A program made the translations under genes and the position numbers. A stretch of DNA of 64,000 nucleotides from Verrucomicrobiia bacterium. GTDB lineage: Bacteria > Verrucomicrobiota > Verrucomicrobiia > Palsa-1439. Numbering within the stretch: position 1 is the stretch's first letter; every line of letters begins with the position of its first letter. The stretch lies in assembly GCA_035516795.1 (NCBI GenBank), contig DATIZX010000055.1, forward strand, positions 21,412 through 85,411, written 5' to 3'. Positions 40,318 through 50,286 of this stretch are shown one piece after another. Under the pieces are notes generated by a model. The model had not been told where the DNA came from, ran no database searches, and was given only the letters and a program-made list of their open reading frames with translations.

Positions 40318-41366
40318 AGTTTCTCCTCGGTCTGCGAATTGAAAAAGTGGAGTCGAGATTCATCGGGCTGCAACGGAATGGCGCCGCTCCAATCGCCATG
40401 CGGCTCGACCAGAACCTGCAGCTTCTGGCCCTCAACACGCACATTCAGAACGGTGAAGGCACCAAGCGGTTCAATCACTTCTACCTTGCCCGTCAAAGTC
40501 CCCTGGCCGACACGCATGTTTTCCGGACGCACGCCGACCAGCACTTCCTTTTGTCCTTGCAGAGTCTCCAGTCGCGACCGGCTTAGCGGGATTTTCTGGT
40601 TGCCTAACTTCAGTCCGTCCTCGGTCACGCGACATTTAAGAATGTTGATGCGCGGACTGCCGACGAAGTTGGCCACGAAGACGTTCGCGGGTTGATGATA
40701 AATCTCCTCAGGTGTGCCGAGTTGTTGGACGCGGGCGTTGTAAATCACGGCAATGCGGGAAGACATGGTCATCGCCTCGGTCTGGTCGTGCGTGACATAG
40801 ATCACCGTCGCGCCGAGGTCCGCGAACAGACGTTTCAATTCCGCGCGCATTCGTTCCCGCAGAATGGCGTCGAGGTTGGAGAGTGGTTCATCGAGGAGAA
40901 ACGCCTTCGGCTTGCGAATGATGGCGCGTCCGAGCGCCACCCGCTGCCGTTGGCCGCCGCTCAACGCCCGCGGCTTGCGATCCAACAACGCTTCGATGTC
41001 GAGCAGCCGTGCGGTCTCTTTGACCCGGTGTTGGATTTCGCTCGCTGAAATTTCCCTGAGCCTGAGATTGACCGCGATGTTTTCGTAGACCGTCATGTGC
41101 GGATAAAGCGCATAACTTTGAAACACCATCGCGATGTCGCGGTCGGACGGATGCACATGATTGACCCGGCGCTCGCCGATGAAAATCTCACCGTCGGTCA
41201 CGGTTTCCAGGCCCGCGATCATGCGCAGAATCGTGGATTTCCCGCATCCCGACGGCCCGAGCAAGGTCAAAAATCCCTTGTCCTCGACTTCAAAACTGAC
41301 CGACCGAACGGGAGTGACGCCCGGTGCGAAGGTCTTGGTAAGATTATGCACGAACACCCGTGCCAT
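40314..41366 (-). CDS. sugar ABC transporter ATP-binding protein (MalK/UgpC-like)
   Basis: 350 aa. Walker A GPSGCGKST, signature LSGGQRQRVALGRA, Walker B FLLDEPLSNLD, and a C-terminal TOBE regulatory domain. Stop overlaps the SBP start by 4 nt. Confidence 0.9.
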   Translation of the reverse strand: MARVFVHNLTKTFAPGVTPVRSVSFEVEDKGFLTLLGPSGCGKSTILRMIAGLETVTDGEIFIGERRVNHVHPSDRDIAMVFQSYALYPHMTVYENIAVNLRLREISASEIQHRVKETARLLDIEALLDRKPRALSGGQRQRVALGRAIIRKPKAFLLDEPLSNLDAILRERMRAELKRLFADLGATVIYVTHDQTEAMTMSSRIAVIYNARVQQLGTPEEIYHQPANVFVANFVGSPRINILKCRVTEDGLKLGNQKIPLSRSRLETLQGQKEVLVGVRPENMRVGQGTLTGKVEVIEPLGAFTVLNVRVEGQKLQVLVEPHGDWSGAIPLQPDESRLHFFNSQTEEKL

Positions 41367-41626
41367 GGCTGTTCTCCCTTGTTAACGCAAGGCGTTTAAG
41401 CTCTGTGGGAAGCATTTTCACACAAGCAGGAACAACCCGAAAGACAAAATCCGGTTTAATCAGCCAAGCTGAAAGCTATTGGGCCCGAGAGGAGCTCGTC
41501 ATCCTTGCGGCGCGGTTCCACCTCACGGTTTTCGGAGGATCAGGAACACATGCATTCGCTCTGCCAGGGGAAGTCACTTCTCGAGTAATGCCGCAAGACT
41601 TCGGTACGATTCCCATCTCAACAAGC

Positions 41627-42028
41627 TCAGGCCGAGGAACTCCGAGCGCGGCTCAGCGTCAGTCGGCCCTGAGCCACGATTTCCCCGCCGACGCGCAAAA
41701 CGGTTTCGAATTGAGAGAGCGCCCCGAAGTCTTTCGCGAGCATCACTTCAATTTCCAGCGTCTGATCGGGCAATACCGGCTTGATGAATCGGAACTGCGT
41801 CACCGCCGCGAGAAAAGCGGCGCCCGGTTGCTGCCAAAGTACACCGGCCGCTTGCGCGGCGCATTCGATCAGCAGCACGCCCGGCATCAGGGGATTGCCG
41901 GGAAAATGGTCGGCAAAAAACGGCGCGGCCGGGTCGAGCCATTTGCGTCCGCGTCCACGTTTTCCAGCGTCAAGAACCTCGAACGCATCGATGAACGAAA
42001 ATCCGGGACCATGTGGGGTCAAGCTCAT
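41627..42028 (-). CDS. hotdog-fold 3-hydroxyacyl-ACP dehydratase (FabZ/FabA/ApeI-like)
   Basis: 133 aa. FFADHFPGNPLMPGVLLIECAAQ is the catalytic His-containing motif of FabZ-like dehydratases. Start overlaps the LolA-like stop by 4 nt. Confidence 0.7.
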   Translation of the reverse strand: MSLTPHGPGFSFIDAFEVLDAGKRGRGRKWLDPAAPFFADHFPGNPLMPGVLLIECAAQAAGVLWQQPGAAFLAAVTQFRFIKPVLPDQTLEIEVMLAKDFGALSQFETVLRVGGEIVAQGRLTLSRARSSSA

Positions 42029-42669
42029 TCTTGAGGCACCTCGAAAACTTTCTTGTCCAGCGGCTGGTTGCGGCGTACGCGATCAAAATCATAGATGATA
42101 TAGCTGTTCAGAATCAGCCCGATCCGCATCGATTGGATATCCATCGACGGCCACGTCATCACATTTTCCACCGAGCATAGCGGAAACATTTGGAGGCGGT
42201 GTTTGGGGGTCAATGTGACCGTCCTCGTGTTGTTACTGCTGCTGGTGCTCGCGTCGAACAGCCCGGCAAAATTCGTACAACCGTTTTGGAAAAAGCTCAG
42301 CAAGAACTGGACGTTCTGTGTGGGTTTCCCGTGGCGCACTTCCAACTTGTACTTGGCGAGCCGTTTCCTGTCACGCTTGATGTACAATTCGTCGCCGCGG
42401 ACCAGCACGAGTTCGGGCGCGGGATTCGTGAATACAATGGCGAGAAGATCGGGCGCCTGGTAGCAGATGTGGCCCAGGCTGACGACGTGCCGCGGTGGAA
42501 ATGTCCAATGGAACGTTTGCCGCAGATCCGCCTCGAAGGTTCGCGTCGCGACCTGATGCGCGACAAAAACGTCGGCATCGGTGTCGGCCCGGGCGAACGG
42601 TCGGTTCGCGAGCAGGATCAGGGCTGCGCCAACGGTGCGAATTGATACCATTGATCGGGATGATTGCAT
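42025..42669 (-). CDS. LolA-like outer-membrane lipoprotein carrier family protein
   Basis: 214 aa. Signal peptide followed by a LolA-like half-barrel. Gene context is typical of aryl-polyene/xanthomonadin-type clusters. Confidence 0.5.
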   Translation of the reverse strand: MQSSRSMVSIRTVGAALILLANRPFARADTDADVFVAHQVATRTFEADLRQTFHWTFPPRHVVSLGHICYQAPDLLAIVFTNPAPELVLVRGDELYIKRDRKRLAKYKLEVRHGKPTQNVQFLLSFFQNGCTNFAGLFDASTSSSNNTRTVTLTPKHRLQMFPLCSVENVMTWPSMDIQSMRIGLILNSYIIYDFDRVRRNQPLDKKVFEVPQE

Positions 42670-43508
42670 ATTGATTCTCGAAATCGGCCGGCCAGTTCGA
42701 TCGTGTGTGCGCGCACCTCGGCCTGGCGGTCAGGACCCCGCCACTTGGGCCGAAACGGCGGAAGCGCTTCCATGGCGTACTTGCCGGATGGCGTCGCCAG
42801 AATGGTGGCAGGCACGAGGGGCGCGCCTGTCAACAAGCTCAGCCAAACGGGCCCCGTAGAAAACGCCACGTTTCCATGGGGAAGCTCCAGCCAAACGGCA
42901 TCGGCGTTGCCGTGCGGGCGATCCATCAACATGGCGACGCATTTGCCCTGGGCGAGCTGATGGGCGATTTCCACAAAGCTGAACTCGTTGTCTCCGACCT
43001 CCAGCGTTTCTGCGCCCCAACGTTGACGGTAGGCGGCGCGCCACCGTCCCAGGGCCAGACTCGGCTCCGGCAACGATAACACGACCAGCGGGAGGTGAAA
43101 TTGCTCCATCAGCAAACCGCCGAGTTCAAACAACCCGGAATGAACCGTGACCAGCAACGCGCCCTTGCCGTCCGCCAATGCATTTTGCAGGTGCTCGAAA
43201 CCATGTCGCGTCTCCATCAATGCCAGCGCTTCTTCGCGGGTCCGGGCGCCGAGTTGGAAATAATCGGCCAACGTCGCCCCAAAGTTGTGAAACGTGCGCC
43301 GTACCGTTTCTTCGTGAAGGTCTGGGCCACAAACAAGCGCTAGGTTGCGGCGCAACGTCAGTTGCACGTGGGGATGGGTCCAGCGGTAAACTTCGGCCAA
43401 TCCGCGGCCCAGTCGGCGAGCGCGTCCGATTCCGAGCGCGCGCGCCAGCGCTACGCCGGCCTCAAACCAGAGAGCTCGGTAAAATGTCTGGGAATAATGC
43501 GGTTTCAA
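42618..43508 (-). CDS. lysophospholipid acyltransferase (LPLAT; LpxL/HtrB-like lipid A biosynthesis acyltransferase family)
   Basis: 296 aa with the LPLAT family fold and a conserved H(x4)D-type region near the N-terminus. 4-nt overlap with the halogenase gene. Confidence 0.7.
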   Translation of the reverse strand: MKPHYSQTFYRALWFEAGVALARALGIGRARRLGRGLAEVYRWTHPHVQLTLRRNLALVCGPDLHEETVRRTFHNFGATLADYFQLGARTREEALALMETRHGFEHLQNALADGKGALLVTVHSGLFELGGLLMEQFHLPLVVLSLPEPSLALGRWRAAYRQRWGAETLEVGDNEFSFVEIAHQLAQGKCVAMLMDRPHGNADAVWLELPHGNVAFSTGPVWLSLLTGAPLVPATILATPSGKYAMEALPPFRPKWRGPDRQAEVRAHTIELAGRFRESICNHPDQWYQFAPLAQP

Positions 43509-44761
43509 GACTCAGAGTAATCGAGCCGCGGCACGATCGGCACGCGTCGATGAATGGCACAAACGAAATGGAATAATTTGACCCGCCACCACACCTTGAA
43601 CATGCGATGAAAATTCCCGGCCAGAACCGAGTTCACGGCGGGCACCATACCCAAACCGCCCCGGGGATACATCAACACTTCAAATGCGCGATTGTCGTAA
43701 TACATTTCCACCATCTCGCGATAAACGTCCATATAGCGATGCACGTGGCGCGAATAATCTTGTTGTTCCCGGATGCTCAAAGCCCGGCCTTGCGCGTGCG
43801 CGCCGCAAATGAGCCGCGTCGCCAACTGCGCTGATTTCGTGGCGATGTGCACGCCGGACGAAAAAATCGGGTCGATGAACCCGGCCGCGTCGCCGATCAA
43901 CAGGGCGCGGTCCGTGGCCAGTTGCTCGTGATAGTAACTGTAATCGCTGGCTTTGTAGAAGGGGCTGATCTGCAGAGCCTCATTCATCCGCTGCCGCAAT
44001 TCGCGGCTAAGAGCGATCGTTTTTGCGAACCATTCTTCGACGGTGCCACCAAACCGTTTGAAATCATCGAGCGATCGCACCATGCCGACCGACATTTTTC
44101 CGTTTGTCAGGGGAATCAACCAGAACCAGCCGTCTTTGATGCGCACGATGGTGATGTGACCTTCCGCGTCGCCGGGATTTCGGTAGACGCCTTTGAAATG
44201 CGCATAGACCGCGATACGTTTCGGCAGGTTCATCGGTTTTCGGGCCACGCCCAGCGTCCGAGTAAGAAAAGCGTCGCATCCGCTGGCATCGATCAACCAC
44301 CGGCTGCGCGCCTCGCCTTCGCGGTACACTATCCGCCACTCGTCGCCATCCCGACTGACGGTTTTCGCTTCACAGCCTTCGCGCACTTCGCAACCACAAC
44401 TGGCGGCGTGGTCGAGCAAGACCTCGTCGAACCGGGCACGCTCGACCTGGAATGTCTGTCCGTAGCCGGGTACCAATCCGCGGGCGAACCAGAAACGCTG
44501 CCACCGGGACCCGTTGCCGACAAAAAACTCTGCACCGTGTTTCGGCTGGAACCCGGCCGCTTCGATCTTCGGCCACGCGCCGCTTTCTTTGAGGACATCG
44601 TTGCCAAACGGCAACAGCGACTCGCCAATGTGAAAACGTGGAAAAACTTCTTTCTCCAAAATCAACACCCGCCGACCGGCCTTGGCCAGAAACGCCCCGG
44701 CCGTGCTGCCGCCGGGCCCGCCGCCGATAACGATTGTGTCGTAAACCATCGGCGCACTCAT
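43505..44761 (-). CDS. flavin-dependent halogenase-like FAD oxidoreductase
   Basis: 418 aa. GxGxxG (VIGGGPGGS). WxWxIP motif (GWFWLIPL). FxxPxxSxG motif (FIDPIFSSG). Both of the last two are signature motifs of flavin-dependent halogenases. Confidence 0.75.
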   Translation of the reverse strand: MSAPMVYDTIVIGGGPGGSTAGAFLAKAGRRVLILEKEVFPRFHIGESLLPFGNDVLKESGAWPKIEAAGFQPKHGAEFFVGNGSRWQRFWFARGLVPGYGQTFQVERARFDEVLLDHAASCGCEVREGCEAKTVSRDGDEWRIVYREGEARSRWLIDASGCDAFLTRTLGVARKPMNLPKRIAVYAHFKGVYRNPGDAEGHITIVRIKDGWFWLIPLTNGKMSVGMVRSLDDFKRFGGTVEEWFAKTIALSRELRQRMNEALQISPFYKASDYSYYHEQLATDRALLIGDAAGFIDPIFSSGVHIATKSAQLATRLICGAHAQGRALSIREQQDYSRHVHRYMDVYREMVEMYYDNRAFEVLMYPRGGLGMVPAVNSVLAGNFHRMFKVWWRVKLFHFVCAIHRRVPIVPRLDYSES

Positions 44762-44770
44762 GGAACGACC

Positions 44771-45043
44771 CTACTGTTTTGCGCCGGGCGGTGGCTGTTG
44801 CGCCAGCCAACGACGCAGAGTACCCAAAGATTGCATGACCTGGCGCGCGACTTCCGCGTCGTTGATCACGATACCATAATGCTTCTCAATCGCCACGGTG
44901 AGTTGGAGCGCGTCCAGTGAATCCAGTCCGACACCTTTGGGGCCGAATAATGGAGTATCCTCAAGGATCTCACCAGGTTGGACCCTGAGAATACAGTTTT
45001 CGACAACCAGTTTTTTCAATTCGTCCAGAGAAATATCAGCCAT
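44771..45043 (-). CDS. acyl carrier protein
   Basis: Listed ORF starts at 45184, but ACP homology begins at M48 (MADISLDELKK...). Phosphopantetheine-attachment motif GLDSLDALQL. Confidence 0.8.
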   Translation of the reverse strand: MADISLDELKKLVVENCILRVQPGEILEDTPLFGPKGVGLDSLDALQLTVAIEKHYGIVINDAEVARQVMQSLGTLRRWLAQQPPPGAKQ

Positions 45044-45072
45044 TTGTCGAGCCTCACGCTCCTGTATGTAAA

Positions 45073-47355
45073 TTATCCGCCAGCCAAAAGCAAAGCCGAA
45101 GATTCGCCATTGAGCCCCCACACGGGTAGCAGTATTTCGCGCCGCTGGTTGCGGGCAAGTTCGGCGGCGTGCACTGTATTCCAAGCTGCCGACGCCGTAA
45201 AGGCCTCACCGTGGTAGGGAAACGCGGCTGGTGTCCCTTTCATCATTTCCCTTTCGATTTCTCCCAACCAACTATGCTGCGCGGTGTGGCAGACCGCGAT
45301 GTCCGCAGGGAAATGTGCGAAACAATCCTGCGCCGCCTGCCGGACTTCCGCGCGGGCGCGATAAGTGAAGCCACCGGCCATTTGCGCGATGCGCACCCCT
45401 TGTTGCACATTGGATTTTTGCAGTAACAACGCGGCAGCGCCTTCGCTGGGCACAAATCCCGTTCGACCGTGCGGCGGCAGCCAGCCGCCAACCGCATAGG
45501 CATCAATCGAGATCGGGTCGAGTTCGGTCGCGCCGATCACCAGGGCGTATTCGACCAGTTGATTGGCCAACCACACCTCCGCCACCCGCAAGGCGCCCAC
45601 CCAGGCCGCATCATCGCTCACCAACGAATAACAGGGCCCACCAACGCCGAGGATAGCGGCAACGTGACTCGTCGCAGAGTTAAAAACTGTTTCTGGAAAA
45701 ACATTCGGGCTGGCGAACCGCTGGCCGTTCTTCAGAATTCCTTCAAAAAACCGACGGGTCGGCACAACCACGCCCGTGTTGAAAGCCGCAACGATTCCCA
45801 GTCGGTCAGGCCGCAGCGTCGGTTCTGCAGCCATTGCCTGTTGCGCCGCACCGAGCATGAACAACGTGATGGGGCTGGCCCGTCGCACGCGCATTTCGTT
45901 CTGAAGTTTTGCCAGCGGCTCGCGCGTCTGATCCACGCAGAACACCGTGTGCTCACCGCTGGCGACGCTAAGACCTTTCATGCGTTGCGGGGTTTCCGAA
46001 GGCAGCACCGCACCCAGGCCAACGATGGTTAGCGTTGAACGGGCCTCGTGCCTGTTTGGGGCAACCACCGACAGGCGGGAGGCGTGTCCAACGTTTTCCT
46101 CATACCGTTTGAATACCAAGGCGGCATTTGACCCGCCGAACCCCAGGTTCATGGATAAGACTGCGTTCATTTCGGGGTGGCTTTCGCCAACCGCCACCAG
46201 ATTGGTTGCGACGCGCGGCTCCGGCCGCCGCACGTTCAGATTTGGCGGCAAATGACCTGACCGCAGAGCCGCAATGACGAACAGCGCTTCAATGCTGCCC
46301 GCTGCGCCCAGCGTGTGCCCGATGGCGGCTTTGGTCGAACTGATCCGAATCGATTTTGGAATTGGCGAATCAGGCTGTGCGGAATCGCCGTTTCCAAAGA
46401 CTGTGGCGAACGCCGCACATTCACTCGCATCGTTCAGCAGCGTGCCCGTTCCATGCGCGTTCACATAACTGATTTCCGACGCATCGCATTGCGCTCTTGC
46501 GAGGGCCTCTCGCATCGCTCTCACCGCCGGCGCTCCGCATGGATCCGGCTGCGTGAGATGGTGCAAATCGGTCGTATGTCCGTAGCCGGCCAACTCGCAC
46601 AGCATGTGGGCACCTCGCGCGCGAGCATGCGATTCCGATTCGAGAACCGCAAAGGCGGCCGCCTCGCCGAGCATCAGTCCGTTGCGTCCCAAATCGAACG
46701 GGCAACAACGCTCGGGGCTCATGGTTTGTAGACAGTCGAAACCCACGTAGATCAACTCGGTCAAGGCTTCAAAGCCTCCCGCCAAGACGCAGTCATGCGC
46801 GCCGGCACGAATGAGATCGGCGCCATGACCAATCGCATTGGCGCCGCTGGCGCAGGCGTTGGCGATAATGGTGATCGGCCCGCGAAAACCGAGGTGCCGT
46901 TGGAGGTCGTGGATTTGGTGATGCGCCTGATAACGCACGATGTACGGATACAATCCGGCGTTATCCTGCTGCGCCAACATGGCTCGTAGAAACTTTTCGC
47001 CCCAGGCCATCCCGCCGCCGGTCGTGCTTACGGAAAGAGGCAGCCACGCGAACTTTGATCGTCCAGCTTCGTCCAACAATCCGGCTTGCGCCAGTGCTTC
47101 CCGCGCGGCAGGCAGAGCGAGACGCGCGGCCCGCGACAACCGGGACAGTTGTTTGGGAGTGAGATCCGGAAGTCCCGGCAGTTGTGCCGACGCGGCCCGT
47201 TTGCAGCGGCATCCGGCCACATCAAACAGGGTCACCGGCGCGGCGGCGCTTTCTCCGGCGACGATTCGTTGCCACGAGGTCTGGAAATCAAAGCCCAGCG
47301 GCGTCACCGCTCCCATTCCGGTGACAACGACGCGGGTTTGGGGATGAGCGACCAT
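45073..47355 (-). CDS. fused beta-ketoacyl synthase didomain: active KS (Cys-His-His) + KS-like/chain-length-factor-like domain
   Basis: 760 aa. Domain 1 has ANACASG (active Cys), NAHGTGT and KAAIGHTLGAAG. Domain 2 (about 420-760) is KS-fold but lacks the His-His dyad, so it is CLF-like. Confidence 0.8.
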   Translation of the reverse strand: MVAHPQTRVVVTGMGAVTPLGFDFQTSWQRIVAGESAAAPVTLFDVAGCRCKRAASAQLPGLPDLTPKQLSRLSRAARLALPAAREALAQAGLLDEAGRSKFAWLPLSVSTTGGGMAWGEKFLRAMLAQQDNAGLYPYIVRYQAHHQIHDLQRHLGFRGPITIIANACASGANAIGHGADLIRAGAHDCVLAGGFEALTELIYVGFDCLQTMSPERCCPFDLGRNGLMLGEAAAFAVLESESHARARGAHMLCELAGYGHTTDLHHLTQPDPCGAPAVRAMREALARAQCDASEISYVNAHGTGTLLNDASECAAFATVFGNGDSAQPDSPIPKSIRISSTKAAIGHTLGAAGSIEALFVIAALRSGHLPPNLNVRRPEPRVATNLVAVGESHPEMNAVLSMNLGFGGSNAALVFKRYEENVGHASRLSVVAPNRHEARSTLTIVGLGAVLPSETPQRMKGLSVASGEHTVFCVDQTREPLAKLQNEMRVRRASPITLFMLGAAQQAMAAEPTLRPDRLGIVAAFNTGVVVPTRRFFEGILKNGQRFASPNVFPETVFNSATSHVAAILGVGGPCYSLVSDDAAWVGALRVAEVWLANQLVEYALVIGATELDPISIDAYAVGGWLPPHGRTGFVPSEGAAALLLQKSNVQQGVRIAQMAGGFTYRARAEVRQAAQDCFAHFPADIAVCHTAQHSWLGEIEREMMKGTPAAFPYHGEAFTASAAWNTVHAAELARNQRREILLPVWGLNGESSALLLAGG

Positions 47356-47359
47356 CGGA

Positions 47360-48811
47360 CTACGTCAGCCGCTGAAGCGCCGGGTAATATTCCCAGAGCG
47401 GACCCACCACTCCACGGTGGCGGAGTCGGTCAGACAACGGGACAAAGGACGTTGGGGGATTGCCGATGAGCCAGTTGGGGCCTTGCTGGCGGAATTCCTC
47501 CAACTGTTGCAGCAATTCCTCTTTGGTAAGAGCCGGAGAAATGTAGTAAACGGGGCGAAGCAGATCCGCGTCGGCTGACAGCAGTCCCTCGCGCACGGCG
47601 CGCGCGAACAAGGGCGTGCCGGGGTAAATGCGCATACCCGCCAGGGCAAAAATGACCGCGCCAGGCAGCCGCTTCGAATTGGCAAATGTGGTCTGTAGCG
47701 TCTCGCGGGTTTCGCCCGGCCCGCCGCAGATCAGGAAGTGTCCGTAGTGGATGCCGGCGGCCCGCGCCAGTGTGCTGGACTTCAAAATGTCTTCAAAGGT
47801 GATCGCTTTACCGTACTCCGCCAGTACCGAATCGCAGAGGCTATCGGCACCGAATTCGATATGCGTCAGTCCGGCTCGCGCCATCAAATTCATCAGCTCG
47901 GCCGTCAACCCTTTCGGGCGGAGAAAACAGGTCCAGGTCACTTCGACACCCCGCCGCAGTATGGCTTCACAAACACGGGCGATGTGATCGTTTTGCAGGT
48001 TAAAAACCGCATCGACAATAAACACGTGTTTCGTTCCCTGGCGTTGGAGCGTCATCAGCTCAGCCGCGATCGCCTCGGGCTCCCGGCGGCGGATTCGCCG
48101 ACCTTCGATCAAGGGATAGGTGCAATAACAGCACGGCATACTACAACCCCGTTGCGTCTCGATGTTCAACATGGCGCTGTGCTGTAGATAATAGTTCATC
48201 AACTCCGGTGGCCGCTCCGCTGTGAAGGCGTAAATCGGCTCCTCGGGATCACATGGGTTGACGACGATCTGATCCCCGCGCCGGTACACCAGTCCCGGAA
48301 TGCCGCTGGAGTCGTCCCCAGTGGTGATCGCCTTGATCAACTGGACAAACGCGACTTCGCCGGGACCTTGGACACCAAAATCGGCACCGCTCAACCTCAA
48401 AAGCTTTTCGGGGAAAATAGAAAACGCAGTGCCGCCGAGGACGATCGGGGAAGGGCTGCAGCTACGCACTTTATGGCTGAGTGCGATCGCATCGTCGTAA
48501 TAGGTTTCCTGGCTCTGGAACTGCACATCATCCACGTTGCGAATGGAAATCCCAATCACGTGAGGTTGGAATTCAGCGATGGCTTGTTCGAGCGGCACGT
48601 TCATCGCCTGCCGATCCACCCAGCAGGTCGTGTGGCCAGCGTGGCGGAGCGCGGATTCCAAGTGGGCCAACCCCAGCGGGAATACAGGGTATGGCTGGTC
48701 ACAGCGGTTGCTGCTGATCAATAGAACCCGTCGCGAATCCATCGCCGCATTGTAAAAACAGAACTCCTGAAAGCAATCCGTAAATTCCCTTTTCATTCCC
48801 CTCGATGGCAA
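47360..48811 (-). CDS. B12-binding domain radical SAM enzyme
   Basis: N-terminal cobalamin-binding Rossmann-like region. CxxxCxxC (CSMPCCYC). Start probably at M24 (48742). 4-nt gap to the KS gene. Confidence 0.8.
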   Translation of the reverse strand: MPSRGMKREFTDCFQEFCFYNAAMDSRRVLLISSNRCDQPYPVFPLGLAHLESALRHAGHTTCWVDRQAMNVPLEQAIAEFQPHVIGISIRNVDDVQFQSQETYYDDAIALSHKVRSCSPSPIVLGGTAFSIFPEKLLRLSGADFGVQGPGEVAFVQLIKAITTGDDSSGIPGLVYRRGDQIVVNPCDPEEPIYAFTAERPPELMNYYLQHSAMLNIETQRGCSMPCCYCTYPLIEGRRIRRREPEAIAAELMTLQRQGTKHVFIVDAVFNLQNDHIARVCEAILRRGVEVTWTCFLRPKGLTAELMNLMARAGLTHIEFGADSLCDSVLAEYGKAITFEDILKSSTLARAAGIHYGHFLICGGPGETRETLQTTFANSKRLPGAVIFALAGMRIYPGTPLFARAVREGLLSADADLLRPVYYISPALTKEELLQQLEEFRQQGPNWLIGNPPTSFVPLSDRLRHRGVVGPLWEYYPALQRLT

Positions 48812-48919
48812 ACTGTCCGAGCGCCTGGCGCCAGTAATCTTCTTGACGGCAAGTGTGGCCCGCTGTATCTGACGCCACGCAAGTTGCGCATTTCACGGCG
48901 GGAACAAATCAATGTTTGA

Positions 48920-50254
48920 ATGCCAGTAGGAAATTGCCAAATCGTGCGGAAAAGCCGTCTCGCCCAATCATGGCACGTCCTCCTCCCAGCAAGCAATCGA
49001 TCTGGGAGATTCTTGGTGTTTCTCCCCTTGATTTTCTTGGCCCTGCTAACTGCCGCTTGCCGCACATCGGCAACCCGTCAGGTTTGGGGTGTCAATCCAG
49101 CCATCGCCCGTCTCCAAGCGGGCCACAATCTTCAATCTGAAGTCGACGCGTTGGCGCAACCGCTGTTGGACAGCGGAGAGGCCTACGGCATGGTCATCGG
49201 AGTCGTCCTGCCAGACGGAACCACCCAGACGTTCTGTTATGGCCACAATGATGGTCCCGGCGATCCCCGCCCACTGAATGCCGATTCCTTGTTCCAGATC
49301 GGCTCGGTCTCAAAGGTTTTCCTCGCGACGCTGGTCGTGCGCTTGGTGGAACAAGGTCGGTTGCGCTACGACGAGACCGTTCGCAGTATCTTGCCGACCA
49401 ACATCGTCGTCAGTGCCGACGCGGGCCGCCTGACCGTCTACGAACTGCTCACGCACACGAGCGGCCTTTCCCGTGAACTCTGGTGGCCGAACCAGGTCGG
49501 TTCTGTGATTGCCTACTTCGTGTTGGGACGAAATGTTTACGCGCACCTCACCACGCCTTTTCTCTACAATTACCTGCGGGTCTGCCATCTGCACGTACAG
49601 AAACCGCCCCAGTTCAAGTATTCAAACATTGGCTTTGGTTTGCTGGCGAACCTGGTCGCGGTGAAGACGGGTCGCCCCGCAACTGATTTGATTGAGGAGG
49701 AAATCTGCCGGCCACTCAACATGACGAATTCCGTCTTCTTCCTGGACGACAAGCAGAAACGACGCCTGGCTGTTGGCCATGTCGGCAACCAAGCGTGCTG
49801 GAGATTTCGCTCGGCGCGGATGGCTCCCTGGGACATGGGCGATTTGATGCGTCCGGTGAGCGGCATGTACTCGAGCGTCAACGACCTTTTGATTTTTGCG
49901 AAGGCCAACCTGGGAATGTTGCATCTTCCCCTGGAATCCACGCTGGCCGCCACCCATCAGGTACAGATTGAAAGCGCTCGAGGCGGCGAAGCGTTCGGCT
50001 GGATCGTAAGTCGTTTCGACGAAGGACGGCAGATCCTCACCTTCAAAGACGGCATGGTTTCGGGTTATCGAGCCTACATCGGGATGGATCTCAATGCTCG
50101 CGTCGCCGTCGTGGTGCTCAACAACCAGTTCGATTGGGACGACAAGATCGGACACAATCTGCTGCTCCGTCTTGCCGGCGCCTACGGCCGGAAAAACTCA
50201 GCACTGCAAGCCCGTTCCCATCTTTCAAACACACCATTGACTCCCTCCCGGTAA
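48920..50254 (+). CDS. beta-lactamase-fold serine hydrolase (class C/PBP-like esterase family), secreted/lipoprotein
   Basis: SxxK motif (GSVSKVF), a YxN-like region and a hydrophobic signal sequence ending LTAAC. True start probably downstream of the listed ATG. Confidence 0.7.
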   Translation: MPVGNCQIVRKSRLAQSWHVLLPASNRSGRFLVFLPLIFLALLTAACRTSATRQVWGVNPAIARLQAGHNLQSEVDALAQPLLDSGEAYGMVIGVVLPDGTTQTFCYGHNDGPGDPRPLNADSLFQIGSVSKVFLATLVVRLVEQGRLRYDETVRSILPTNIVVSADAGRLTVYELLTHTSGLSRELWWPNQVGSVIAYFVLGRNVYAHLTTPFLYNYLRVCHLHVQKPPQFKYSNIGFGLLANLVAVKTGRPATDLIEEEICRPLNMTNSVFFLDDKQKRRLAVGHVGNQACWRFRSARMAPWDMGDLMRPVSGMYSSVNDLLIFAKANLGMLHLPLESTLAATHQVQIESARGGEAFGWIVSRFDEGRQILTFKDGMVSGYRAYIGMDLNARVAVVVLNNQFDWDDKIGHNLLLRLAGAYGRKNSALQARSHLSNTPLTPSR

Positions 50255-50286
50255 AACTTTAGCCTGCACCCGAGGTTTGACCCGGC

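Noticed and set aside
41360-42034. 224-aa plus-strand ORF
   Set aside because: Antisense to the hotdog dehydratase and the intergenic region. No domain features.
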